Numbered from the stretch's first letter, positions 26,101 to 38,120 are shown. The stretch: DNA of 64,000 nucleotides from the human T2T-CHM13v2.0 reference genome, Homo sapiens (GCF_009914755.1 NC_060925.1), one strand, 5' to 3'. Numbers and translations are program-made. The notes: generated by a model not told the origin, from the sequence alone.

Positions 26101-28619
26101 TGCAATGCAATGGGGATCTGGGGAGAAGTGAGATGCAAACAAAGGAGAAGGTGAGATCTAGTGAAATGTGAAGTGAAAGGGAGATCCAGCTAGGCAGAGA
26201 AAGTATATGGCCTGAGAACCACTGATGTCAGGGCATGAGGAATCACCAAGTTGGAAAAGCCATATTGCTTGGCATCTCAGGTTAGGGCTGACAGTACCAT
26301 GTTGGTTAGGAGTTGACAGCTGAGGATAAGAAACTCGGAAGCTAAAAAATAACAAGCACAGAGATAAATTTATATATATACATTTATAGTTCATCTCAAA
26401 TAATGTCTTTCTACCTTAATAATGCAGGAGAGAAAGCCACACTCTGAAGTCAGGGATGGCAGTGTGGCATGTACCTAACAGGTGAGATTCAGCATCATGG
26501 AATGATTACTTGCTGTTAAGTTACTCTTAGCTAGGGCTTGAGAACCTATGATACCACCTTGCAACAGCTGTCCGGACCTCAGAACAGCCCCTAGTTGATG
26601 CTAAAGTGGCTTTTGAGATCCAAGAATGTGCGGGAGCTGCAAATAAAGTGGTAAAATATATTTGCAACTGAACACATTTAAGAACTTCTTGTGACATTCA
26701 AGGCTGTAGGGGAGTGGGCCAGACATGCCCCAAGGGTAGATGTGGAAGAGGCTGCTTTTGAGATCTGCAAATGAAAAGATGAGGAAGTGAGCAGTTCAAG
26801 TTTTATTTTGGGTGAAGAAATGAAAAAGTGAAACTTATTATTCCAGGGCTGGAAACAGAAGAGAGGCACCAGGCATGTTAGTATTGAGAAACTAACTTTT
26901 GTCTAGTTGGCTAGACTGGATCCTTTTATTCTGTGTAGACGAGAAAGTTTATTTACATTTTTCTTTACTTCTATCATTTATTCCTTCATTTTTCCTCTTT
27001 CTTTCCTCTTCTTTGTCGAGAAATGGGGCTTCTACATCTGTGAAGCAAAGTAATGGCTTCAAATTGATAAATGTGTGGCCTAGTCAATTCATGTCCACGT
27101 CCCCTTTTAAGAAAGTGAAGACTCGGCTTGTAGGTAGAAGAACCAGTGTGAACTGTGGGAGTGGGCTAGGGGGTGTCCGTTTCTCAGGTGAGAACTCAAA
27201 TCAAGCCTTCAGTAACACTCGTAGCTCCTGTTCTGTTTTTGTGATGCATTCGGTTATTTATGGCACATTTCTATGTCTCTGCTGGACTGACAGTCATCCA
27301 GATAGACAGACCTGATGGAAGAACACAGGAAATGCTTGCTGAGTGAAATGAGTCAGATGAAAATTAATCACTTTGTGCTCTCTGAGAAAGAACTAGAGTG
27401 ACAGCCCTCCTCATTGTCTGAAGCTCACAGGACTAGAAGTTGAGAGTCAAGTTCAAGTCTAACTGTGGCCCTATCCAGAGCATGCTGCTTCTCCTTTCTA
27501 GCCTTCTTTTTTTTTTTCGTCTCTAAAGGCAATGGACTGAATAATCCCTAAAATCCCTTCCAGACATTTCACTCTGTTTTTCTATGCTTCTTTACTGTGC
27601 ATTTCTAAGCTTGTGAAGCAAGAAAGAGAACAGGCAACACTAGAACCCTCAGAGCTGGGCATGTTTCCTCCAGGAAGCCTGGGTCCTGCAGATGATGCCT
27701 GGAGAGCTCACAGGCCCTGGATATTCTGGGCCACAAAGATGGGCTCAGCTGGCCCTGGGCCCAGACTGAGTTTAGGCGCAGTATGGATTTTTTATAAAGA
27801 GAAAAGTTTTGTTTGATAAGCGTACACAAAACTCAGGGTTGCTGAGTGAAGCTGACTGTGTGCTGATTCCCTGTAGCCATGTGGAAAACACAAGTCAAGT
27901 GTGAGTCATACATCAACTTATTTCGTGATTCTTAAGTTGCAAGGTGTTTTGTTTTATTTTTATTTTATTTTTTATTTTTATTTTTGCCTTGTTTAGAAAA
28001 CTGGCCCTTTCTCCTCTAAATGCCTCTTCCAATCTGCTGCCTTTGCCCATTATAACTACGTCTAGAGGATGCCTCTGGACATGCTATGGTCACTGCTTTG
28101 GTCCCACCAAACTCCTTTTCCTTCCCACTCCCAGCTTACCCTGCCTCTCTTTTCCTGAAACCCTCGTCCTCCCAAGTTTTATGGAAATCAATCTTAAAGG
28201 AATGCTGCTCATTTGATTCACTCTAGTTCTCATTAGACCTGCTATCTGATTTCATAATGTTCCGGGTTTGTGAGCCAGTGCCATTTTTTGACTGTATTTT
28301 GTTTGAGTTTTATAGGAAGCACACACACAGACACGAATATCAAGCAACTGATACTACGCTTGTTTTAAGTACCAATGTAAAGTCACAACTAAAACCTAAA
28401 CTTGCCCTTCTCCTGAACTATGCCTACTGATCCAGCTCTACAATGTGCTCTGGAAGGGGCCCTGGGACAGCCATCTCCTGTCCCTCCAATGTTCTATCGA
28501 GCCCAGAAACCCACATGTAACCCCTGCCACCCTGCACGGGAGGGGAGAAAGCTTATCTGAACACTAAATTCATTATACTCAAAGGCAACATTTGTCCAAA
28601 AGCCAAAAAGAGCAAATGG

Positions 28620-28830
28620 AACAAAATAACAACTAGTGTCTGTGTATCACTGTGTAATTTGCAAACCACCTTCCCACAGGCTCTCAGAGGCATTACCCCT
28701 GCCCTTTGAGAATATGTAGACTATCTCCATCGTGTGGGTGAGAAAACAGGCCACAAAAGTTTAACTTACTTTTCCAAGGTTTTCTCATTATTAAATGGCA
28801 AATTCAGGCTTTAATCCCAGGTTTGCCTCC
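28620..28830 (-). mobile_element. MIR relic
   Basis: tatctccat...gggtgagaaaacaggcc...ttaacttacttttccaaggt...taaatggcaaattcaggctttaatcccaggt. Confidence 0.55.
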
Positions 28831-29074
28831 TATAGATTCCACGGAAATTTCATGGCGAGGAAATGATGTCCACAGTAGATGAATATAGGCTGTAGGACAG
28901 ACTAAGTATTTTTACTGCATTTAAAAAATAAGTTGTGCCAATTTTGTTTTATTAGTTTCAAGGTAAAACAGCAATTTTTTCAAACATCAGAAAATATGTG
29001 TTCTTTTCTATATACTTAGATAAAGGTTCAGCTGAATCACCAGATCTGACTGCCAATTTATGTGGCTATGAATT

Positions 29075-29250
29075 TTTTATATACTTTTTTTTAGATCAGT
29101 TTTAGGTTCACAGAAAAATAAGCAAAAGATACAGAGATTTTCCATGTGTTCGCCACCCCCACACAAGCCTAGCCTCCTCCATTATCAACATTCCCCACCA
29201 GAGAGGTACATCCAAAAGTCCACAGTTTACATTAGAGTCCACTCTTGGTT
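29075..29250 (-). mobile_element. L1MC-like 3' end fragment with internal deletion
   Basis: cagttttaggttcacag...tacagagattttcca...tatcaacattccccaccagagaggtacat | ccaaaagtccacagtttacattag...cactcttggt. Confidence 0.75.
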
Positions 29251-31417
29251 TTACTGAGTTTATTAGACTGGGTTTTAGTATTCCTTAGGGCTTGGTAATT
29301 CTAAGACGTCTACTATGATTGGTCACTAAAGACCACAAAATATCATGAGCATTGTTTTATTCATGCATTAAACAAACACTTTTAAAATCCATGTTGAGTT
29401 CAAGGTCTCGTGCTAGTTGTCATTGTACCAAGACCTGCCCCCTTGCCCCTCAACACACACTGTAATCAAACATGTACCACTCCATCCCCAATCTGCCTGT
29501 GTCATGACCAAAGCCTGAGCACTGTCTTCATAAACCCTCTCCAAGTCACTGCCAAAGAGTTCTCTGTCAAAGGCTACCATGAAGTAGTTTAAAGGGCTTT
29601 TGGGACTCCTGGATAAAGCCAATTCAAAAGAGACTCTGGCAGTAGGTGGTACCACTACCTTCCTAAGAACCCCTGGCACCCCACCTCTCTCCCTGGATGC
29701 ACCACTCTTAGCTTTTATTATCTACAAACTAGGGTACTTTATTTCCCCTCAGCCTGTTTCATAAATCCAAAGCCATTCTATGAGCTGCAATACTAGTTGG
29801 TGGATTAAAACTACAATCTGGACTGGCAAGCTGCTAGTCAGTAACGTGCTTTGGGAGCAGGAAGGCTGGTGGAGGGGGGTGAGAGTAGAGGGAGGGAAGG
29901 AGATGGGATGGGGAGGACAGTGCTGTCCAGTCCTGCATTGTGCCACAAGAAAGGTAGAAGACAAGGCCATTGTGTTTGCTCAGTGGCTTTTCTTTGGTTT
30001 TGTTCTTTTCTCCAGTGTCTGACAGCACGTGGGCAGGGGACTTGTTTCATTGTTTAGGTTCTCTCTTCTCTCTGTGTTGTCAACGGCACCCATCTACAAA
30101 GAGACAGCCAAGTAATAGTTTGTTTGTTAAGAAAATAAAAAGGAAAATTCTTTTGTTTCCTGTTTCTGTGCAGCTTGGAAACAGCCCTCACAAAGAAAGA
30201 TTTTCAAAGAAATGCTTCATCATTCAGAGACAGGTCAGTCCATTTATTTCTGACCCCATCAACCTTCTGATCTAGGCTTCTTCCCAGTGCTTCTTGCCCA
30301 CCACCAAGAAGAGCCACCTAAAACCTGGGCTCTAAAAAAAAACTGTAGACAGACCTCCTAACAAGATGGGCTACTGCCTGGCACCACCATAATTTATTTA
30401 TTGATTATAATGGGTAGGAACTTGGCTTATTTATGGCAGACTTTTCTGAGTATTTATTGATACTGCTAATTCTTGGCAACCAGAAGGGAGAGTTGGCAGG
30501 TTCAGTAATCCAAAGAGTGGCGCTATGAAGCTCCATCCTCAGAATAGCACCAAGGAAGCAAATGATTTGTGGTGCTCAGAAGCAATTGTGAATATTCAAC
30601 TAGAGTTTAGGCTGAGGTGATTTCCCAAACAAATCATTATAGAGGAAATGTTTAAAGAGAGAGAATGTAGGGAAATAAGGAAAGGTGTTGCTAGATAATA
30701 TTTACCCCAGCCCTGAGGCCAGGCTGAGTTCATGCAACCCTAAAAATAAAGCAGTTCAGATGGTGAGTTTGGGCCTACTGAATCAGAGGGAATTCTGTGA
30801 TTTGGATGTCACATCATATTTACAAGGCTTGTCCCTGTGGTGCCATTCACTATATGGAATTTTTAATTTAAAAATTAAGAAATAAATTATTAACATAGAC
30901 TCTGACACATGGGTGGTAGCAACCATCCAGGTTGGCATATTAATGTCTGCAACTGTTGGTTGCTGGACTATAACACCTATTGGCAAAGTTTGGGATTACA
31001 TCTCATCACAGACCACTTATTATTCGTGCAGTCAGTATAGTTCCTCAATAGTTATTAAGCGCTTATTGTGTGCCCAGCATTCTTCTAAGCTCTGGGGTTA
31101 CAGTGGTAAAGAAAGACTGACACATTTTTTGTCCTATGAACAGAAAACATATTGAGGTGAGACAGATAGATATAATCAAATAAATATATAAGACTATTTC
31201 AGATAGTAGTAAGTGCTATGAAAATTAACAAAATTTAGTAATGTAATAGAAAACAGAGCTACAGGGCCAACGGTGGGACTGCTTTACTTGGGGTAGTTAT
31301 GCAAGATCCGACATTGGGATGAACCCAGAATGAGAAAGAGTGAACCATACAGAAACCTAAAGGATCAACATTTCAGGAAGAGAAGATGTCAGGTACAAAA
31401 GGCATGAGATGGGAACC

Positions 31418-31814
31418 TGTCTTAGTCCATTCTGTGCTGCCGTAACAGAATACTACAGACTGGTTAATATATAATGAATAGAAATTTGTTTCTCCCAGTT
31501 CTGGAGGCTGGGAAGTCTAAGGTCAGACACCAGCATGTTCATTGGTGAGGGTCTGGCCTCTGTTTCCAAGATGGCACCTTGAATGTTGCAGTCTCTGTGC
31601 TGGGGCGGGGGATGCTGTGTCCTTACATGGCTGAAGGAAGAAGGGAAAAGGGTACAAACTGCACTCCCTCTCTCAAGCTTTTTTTAGAAGAGCACCTAAT
31701 CCCATTCATGAGGAAGGAGCCCTCATTGCCTAATCACCTCTTAAAGGTTACATTTCTTAATATTATTACATTGGCAACACAAGATTTTGGAGAGGACACA
31801 TTCAAACCATAGCA
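31418..31814 (-). mobile_element. MSTC-like solo LTR (ERVL-MaLR)
   Basis: tgtcttagtccatt...tctgtttccaagatggcaccttg...cattcaaaccatagca; TSD gaacc/gaact. Confidence 0.85.
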
Positions 31815-31920
31815 GAACTCATTTTATGTGTTTGGGAAACAGAAAGAAGGTTAGTAACACTAAGAGTAGAGAGTCTGGGAGAGCATGGCAGAAGACAAGA
31901 TCAGAGAAGAGTATGTAGGA

Positions 31921-32074
31921 AGCCCACCATGGTATTGTGTGCCTACAGTCCCAGTTCATGGGAGGCTGAGGTGGAGGATCCCTTGAGGCCAGAAGTTCAA
32001 GGCTGCAGTGCTTTTCAACTGCATCTGTGAATAGCCACTGCATTCCAACCTGGGCAACAGAGCAAGACTGTCAT
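31921..32074 (+). mobile_element. FAM (fossil Alu monomer)
   Basis: Single Alu monomer retaining the 7SL-derived segment ctgtgaatagccactgcattcc that FLAM, FRAM and dimeric Alus lack. Confidence 0.8.
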
Positions 32075-32614
32075 TTGGGGTTTTCAAAAGAAGTACATAG
32101 TAAAATTAGGATTAGAAGTTTGGATTTTATTTTAAATGTCCTAAAAAAACTAGATGGCTTTCAGAAAGAAAGTGATAAGATATTATTTCAGGTTTCAGAT
32201 GATCATCCTGGCTGCTATGTGGAACATATAAGCAAGGAACACCAGCCGGAGGCTGAGCAATTATCCAGGCAAGAAGTTATGGTGGCACTGGTTATGACGG
32301 CATTTATTTTTTTGTATAGAGGTAGAGATGGAAGAAAGAGGTCAAATTTGAAATATATAAGAGGACAGTTTTAAGAATTTCTAAGTATAGAATCACAACA
32401 CATTGCTTTATACTTTAGATTTGCAAAATTAATATTTGAACTAAGTATTTTACTAATACCTAGTAAATACTTAGCACTAGACTCAACTGTCTCCTTCCAA
32501 AACCCCTCCAACCCATTCTAAATTTCTCTAAAAACTAAGTACCTATTACCAATAGCATAGAAATTAAGAGGCTCAATTCAACTATCAAATGAGCCTGTTT
32601 TCAAATTTTTATTA

Positions 32615-32800
32615 TACCAGTTAGCAGTCCTGAGGTCTTTGGCAAGTTATTAAATTTCCTGAGCCTCAATTTTATCAACTGAAAATGGAGATAATAATAG
32701 GAACCACCTCACAATTGTTTTGGGGCCTAACTCACATAGTGTATATACATAGCCTGCCTGTAGACACATAACAAATTCTCAATACACATTAACTAGCATT
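32615..32800 (+). mobile_element. MIR fragment
   Basis: tttggcaagttattaaatttcctgagcctcaattttatcaactgaaaatggagataataatag. Confidence 0.75.
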
Positions 32801-33399
32801 CTTCTTAAAACTTCTTCCAGGTGGAAGTAGATGCCTTATCATTACAGTCTAATCTATAAGACACGTAAATGTCTTGCCGGACTTGCATATTCACAGAGCA
32901 ACGTTGAAATTTTTAAATTGCCAAAAGCGTAGCTTTTATTTTTTTCATTTTTAATTGATGTATAAATAACACACATAAACTGCATGTATTCAAAATTTAC
33001 AATTCAATTTTTTTGTATAAATATATAACTGTGAAACCATCACCATGATTGAGATGATGAACATGTTCACTGTCTCCAAAAGTTTCCTTTTGTGGCACCT
33101 CTCTGTCCCTCTCTGCAGCCCTGACACTAGCCCCTAGGCAACCACTGATCTTTCTGTCACTCTTGATTGGTTTCCATGTCCTAGAATTTTATGTAAATGA
33201 AGTCATACAGTTTGCACAGTTTTTGTTGTTCTGGCTTCATTCACACAGTCATGCATTCCTTTTAATTGCTGAGCAGTGTTCCATTGCATGGATGCGCTAC
33301 AGTTTGTTTATAACCGCTGATGGACATTTGGGTTGTTCCTAGTTTTTTATTATTACAAACAAGGCTGCTATGAACATCCATGTATAAATCTTAGTGTCG

Positions 33400-34045
33400 T
33401 GTCTTAGTCTATGCTGCTGTTACAGAACACCTGAGAATGGGTAATTTATAAACAACAGAAATTCATTTCTCACAGTTCTCAAGGCTGAGAAGTCCAAGAT
33501 AAAGACACCAGCATCTGGTGAAGGCTACTGTCTGTTTCCAAGCTGGAACCTTGAATGCTGTGTCTTCAGGAAGGGAGGAACGCTGTGTCCTCATGTGGAA
33601 GAAGGAGGAAGAGTAAAAAGAGGCTAACTTTCCTCTGTCAAGTCCTTTTGTAAGGGCATTAACCTATTCATGAGGCAGACCACTCATGAGCTAAACACCT
33701 CCCAAAAGACTCCCCCTCCCAACACTGTTGCATTGTAAATTAAGTTTCTGTGTTTCTTCTTTTTAGAGACAGTGTCTTACTCTGTCACCCAGGCTTGGGT
33801 GCAGTGGCACATTCATAGCTCACTGCAGCCTCCAACTCTGGTGCTCAAGTGATCCTTCCACCTTATCCTCCTGAGTAGCTGGGACCACAAGCATGTGTCA
33901 TCATGCCCAGCTACTTTTAAAATTGTTTTGTAGAAGTAAGGTCCTGCCATGCTGCCCGGGCTGGTCTTGAACTCCTGGCCTCAAGTGATCCTCTCACCTC
34001 CATCTCTAACACATGAATTTAGGGGAATACATTTACACCATAGCA
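33400..34045 (-). mobile_element. MSTC-like solo LTR containing an AluJ
   Basis: tgtcttagtc...gggaggaacgctgtgtcctca...aacacatgaattt...accatagca; TSD tgtcg/tgtgg. Confidence 0.85.
33752..34003 (-). mobile_element. AluJ, 5'-truncated
   Basis: catagctcactgcagcctcc...ctcaagtgatcct...gaactcctggcctcaagtgatcct (J diagnostics). Confidence 0.9.
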
Positions 34046-34469
34046 TGTGGACATATGCTTTCATTTCTCTTGGGTAAATGCCTAGAAGTTAAATAGCTGG
34101 ATCTTATGGTAAATATATGATTAACTTTTTAAGTAAGTACCAAAATGATACAACTACATTTTCCAAAGTGGTTGTATCATTAAAGTGGTTGTATCATTTT
34201 ACACTTCCACTAGCAATGTTTGAGAGTTCCACTTGTTGCAGTATTTGGTATGGCTAGTCTTTTTAATTTTAGCCATTCTAATAGGCGTATAGTGGTTTCT
34301 CATTGTGCTTTTAATTTGCAGTTTTGTAATGACTAATGATGTTAATTAAGCATCTTTTCATATGTTTACTTCTTTCTTCTCTGAACTCTTAAGATAATTA
34401 ATTGCCTCTAAGAATTCATTAGCTTCTCTAGGCTATCATAAGTAAATAAAGAATTAAATAGATTATAAA

Positions 34470-34561
34470 TAGGTAGGAAGGTAGGTAGGTAGGTGGATGG
34501 ATGGATAGCTATATTGATAGGTAGGTAGGTAGGTAGATAGCTACCTAGCTAAATAGCTACC

Positions 34562-34655
<94 letters not shown>
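34470..34655. repeat. Compound tetranucleotide STR: (TAGG)n/(TGGA)n then (TAGA)13 TGA (TAGA)9 TAG
   Basis: Counted directly: TAGA x13 at 34562-34613, TGA at 34614-34616, TAGA x9 at 34617-34652. Confidence 0.97.
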
Positions 34656-34890
34656 GAATTTGAGTTCCTGTCATGTGCCAGACATGATTTTAGGCAATGA
34701 GAATAGAGTGCTGAATGAGACAAAAATTCTGCCCTTATGGAATTTCTATTCACATGACAGAGACAGGCAATAAACAATGTAATAAAATGTTAAATATATA
34801 TAATTACTATGAAAAAACCCTGAATAGTACACGATGACAGATAGTGAAGGGATGAAGCAGGGATGGAGCAACATTTTAACATGATCTCAG
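34656..34890 (-). mobile_element. L2 3' fragment
   Basis: ttgagttcctgtcatgtgccagacatgattttaggcaatgag...ctgcccttatggaatttctattc. Confidence 0.65.
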
Positions 34891-35034
34891 ACTGTTACAT
34901 TTATTACCTGCACCTCCTGTGAGGCCCTGAAGAGCACTGTACAGCACTGTTCTGCAGTACTATGCATCATGGGTTATGCTCAGTGCAGATTTGTTCATTA
35001 TTTCTAGTCCTCTGTCGCCTTCACAAGGGTGGGG

Positions 35035-35377
35035 TGTCTTAGTCCATTTGGCTTGCTATAACAAAATACCATAAACTAGGTGGCTTATAAACAACAGACA
35101 TTTATTTCTGACAGTACTGGAGCCTAGGGAGTCCATGAACAAAGTGCCAACAGATTTGGTGTCTGCTGACGCCCACTTTTTGGTTAATAGGTGGTGTCTT
35201 CTAGCTGTGTCTTCATGTGGTGAAAGGACCAGCTAACATTTTGGGGTCTCTTCTATAATGATGTTAATCCCTCATGACCTAATCATCTCCCAGTGGTCCC
35301 ACTTTCTAACACCATCATTTTGGGAGTTAGGTTTCAACATACGAATTTTGGGAAAACACAAACATTTGACCATAGCA
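35035..35377 (-). mobile_element. MLT1A-family solo LTR
   Basis: tgtcttagtccatttggcttgctataacaaaataccataaactaggtggcttataaacaacag...acaaacatttgaccatagca; gtggg on both flanks. Confidence 0.85.
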
Positions 35378-37079
35378 GTGGGGCTCCTCCCATCTGTCTT
35401 GTTGCCTGGTGAATCTCTCACATGTGGCTCAGGGTCAAGAACATGGTAGGCATTTGTTTAATAGATATCAATTAGATAAATTAATGGAGGAAGGGAGGAG
35501 TGAATGGTTCACAGTAGGAATGTAATGTGCAGGGAGAACTCAGTACCAGAACTGAGGCAAGAATTCAGACTTACCAAGGCCTCTTCTGCCAGCTTCCTCT
35601 TCTTGGCAGAATGCCTGTGCCACAGCTCATCCAGACAGTTGTGTCCATTCCTTTTGGTCCAGATGAGATGCAGGTGCTCTCCTGAGTATCTTTGTCTCCA
35701 CCATAGAATTATTTGATTCTAGGTAACATCAATGGCTCCAAACCCTCTCCTTGTGGCCTTACTATGTGGCATTTACCACACTCTGCATCATGAGTGATGT
35801 GGGAATTATGCTTCTTGAGATGAGAAAGAAGCCCAGATCATCAACTTTGTGACCCTCTCGGCCCCATTTCAGTATCAGATACGTAGAAGCTCAGTAAATA
35901 TTTATTGTATTAAATTGAATCCTAAGTCCCTCTAAATGATTCAAGATGTCAGTGAAATACCCTTCACCATTCCAAAAGGCAGAACAAGAGGAAACATCCT
36001 ATGTTCCTGAAGCACGACTGATTAGACTTAAGAAAATTTTTTATTTTGGTCTTCTAAGTTGTTTAAACAAACTCATTCATATAATTTATATTTGGCAATT
36101 TTTGAAAACAGGAGACATTTTCACTCTGAAATAATTTTGAAGTCTTCCAAAGAAGAGACAGAGGCATGGATGAGATGACCTTTAAAAGTTGTTTGCAATG
36201 TGTTCAAGACGTGTCACTTGTTTATCTGTAGGTGACATCCTCAATGAGCTCAAGTTCCAAGCCCATAGAGCTGCATGGGCCACCAGAGTCCTCCGAGGCC
36301 CCTGGCAAGCTGCAGATCCTGCCTTCCTGTCTCAAAGTTTACAGCCACTGCAAAGGTCAGGAATTGTGGTCCTCACATGTAAAAGATGAGACAGCCAGGG
36401 AGCAGGCAAGTTTGCAACCCAGAGCTCTCTTGAGGAACACGGAGCAAAGCCACCAGCCAAGGCATGTTGTTTCCGTCATAATGTGTGCTGCACAGTGTGG
36501 AAGAGTTTTATGGTGGCCCTGGCCTAGAGCTGTAAAGTTTATTTCTGCACATTAGCTAGTCCATTGTCCCCTGCCCCCAATATCTCTTTCATCTTCTTTA
36601 GGTAGACTTGTCAGGATCCTCTTTTAAACACAAGCCAACTCGGGTGGGACAGAGTGTGTATATCAGCACCTTAATAAATGATCTTCTTTTAAATACAAAC
36701 CAACTGGGGCAGGGCTGCTTGTATATCAGAACCTTAAAGAAGGCACTAATGTGGCACCCATGGCATCCTAGCCTGTCTTCCTCATTATATGCTGTACTAT
36801 GAGAATCTAAATAATCTCAGTCTCTCCTGCCTGTGCACTGACTCTGAGGATGCAGTGAACTAACAATAGGTAGAATCATTGCAGACAAAAAGTAGCATCT
36901 TTGCATTGCATGGTGTGTTTGGGGAAAATGAAGAATTGTATCTGTGTTCACATTTTTACTTCTACAAAAAGCTGTGTTTCTCCCCAGGCCATGATCCCTG
37001 AATCCAAAGAAAAATATTTTAATGCAATTGGGAAGTAAGGAGGAGAGAAGAAAAAATGTGGTGCAATATTCTCATCCAG

Positions 37080-37210
37080 AAGATGGGGATAAAATATCAT
37101 CATCTTTATGGGTATTTTGATGATTAAATTGTAAGATCCACATAAAGAGCTCAACACAGAAACTGGTACCTGGAAAGTGATCAATAAATGTTACATAGAA
37201 TTATTATCTG
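37080..37210 (+). mobile_element. MIR 3' half
   Basis: ctcatccagaagatggggataaaa...gattaaattg...acataaagagctcaacacag...tcaataaatgtta. Confidence 0.65.
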
Positions 37211-37546
37211 CTATAACTGTTATGCCCAACTTTCTGGGAAGTTCACTGGACATGGAGGGAGGGAGAGGGAGATGAAAGGGTAGGAATAAAAATAATACAA
37301 GTGAGAACACATTTCTTGCTGAGAGGCAAGGTAATGTAGCAGAGAAAGTGCTAATGTTGAGTGCTAGACGAGCCTGATATGTTGTGGGAATGAAAGGCAG
37401 GTTAAGAGGGAACACTCAATACATGTTGGTTCATTTTTCTTACTTCTATCTTTCACTTAACTGATTTGTTCTCAATAGGAAATACTTTTTGTCTGAAATT
37501 ACTTCACAATTCTTCCATAACTAGGTTCAAATCCACAACTATTGAT

Positions 37547-37875
37547 TTCTTCTCTCTCTTAAGAGACAGGGCCTCATTCTTTCTCCCAGGTTGGAATGTA
37601 GTGGCACAACCCTAGCCTTGAACTCTTCAGCTCAAGTGATCCTCTCAACTCAGCCTCTCAAGTATCTGGGACTAAAGGTACATGCCCACTAGGCTGAGCT
37701 AATTTTTTAAATTCTGTTTTTATTTATTTATTTCCACTTTATTCTCCACTTGAGGAGAGGAGAGGGAAAAGGAGAGAGTAGAGATGGATGCTTACTTTGT
37801 TGCCCAGGCTGATCTCGAACTCCTGGCCTCAAGTGATCCTCCCGCCTCAGCCTCCCAAATAGATGGGATTACAGA
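37547..37875 (-). mobile_element. AluJ with an expanded central linker
   Basis: Both arms recognisable (ctcaagtgatcct; gatctcgaactcctggcctcaagtgatcctcccgcctcagcc); ~60 extra bases at ~37715-37778. Confidence 0.88.
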
Positions 37876-37894
37876 CATGAGCCACTGCCCCTGG

Positions 37895-38120
37895 CCCCTG
37901 ATTCTCTTTTAATTAGGACAATCCTGGTTTCCAATGCCAGTTGTCCTGTTTACTAAGCATATGGTCTTGCGTATGTGACTTAACCACACAGGGGCTAAAT
38001 ACCTGATACATAAAATAGAGATGCTAACCCCTATACCAGAGGGTTATTAGGATGATCATATAAGATAACACATGGAGCGGGCTTATCATACAGTGGTACT
38101 CAATAAATGGTATCATTGGT
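37895..38120 (+). mobile_element. MIR relic
   Basis: tcctggtttccaatgccag...cataaaatagagatgctaac...agggttattaggatgat...tactcaataaatggta. Confidence 0.6.

Larger units (their letters stand above)
31015..32380 (-). mobile_element. L2 (L2a-like) interrupted by MSTC and FAM
   Basis: ttattaagcgcttattgtgtgcccagcattcttctaagctctgggg...agatagtagtaagtgctatgaa...; resumes after the LTR with agtttggattttatt...gatcatcctggctgctatgtgga. Confidence 0.75.
32935..34375 (-). mobile_element. L1MB8/L1ME1-like 3' fragment interrupted by MSTC
   Basis: aaactgcatgtattcaaa...gtgaaaccatcacca...ggcaaccactgatct...gatggacatttgggttgtt; resumes tgtggacatatgctttcatttctcttgggtaaa...gagcatcttttcat-like. Confidence 0.85.

Noticed and set aside
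31418-34045. Two same-orientation MSTC LTRs ~1.6 kb apart as one intact MaLR provirus
   Set aside because: Each LTR has its own TSD, and the intervening DNA is L2, FAM, MIR and L1 rather than MST internal sequence.
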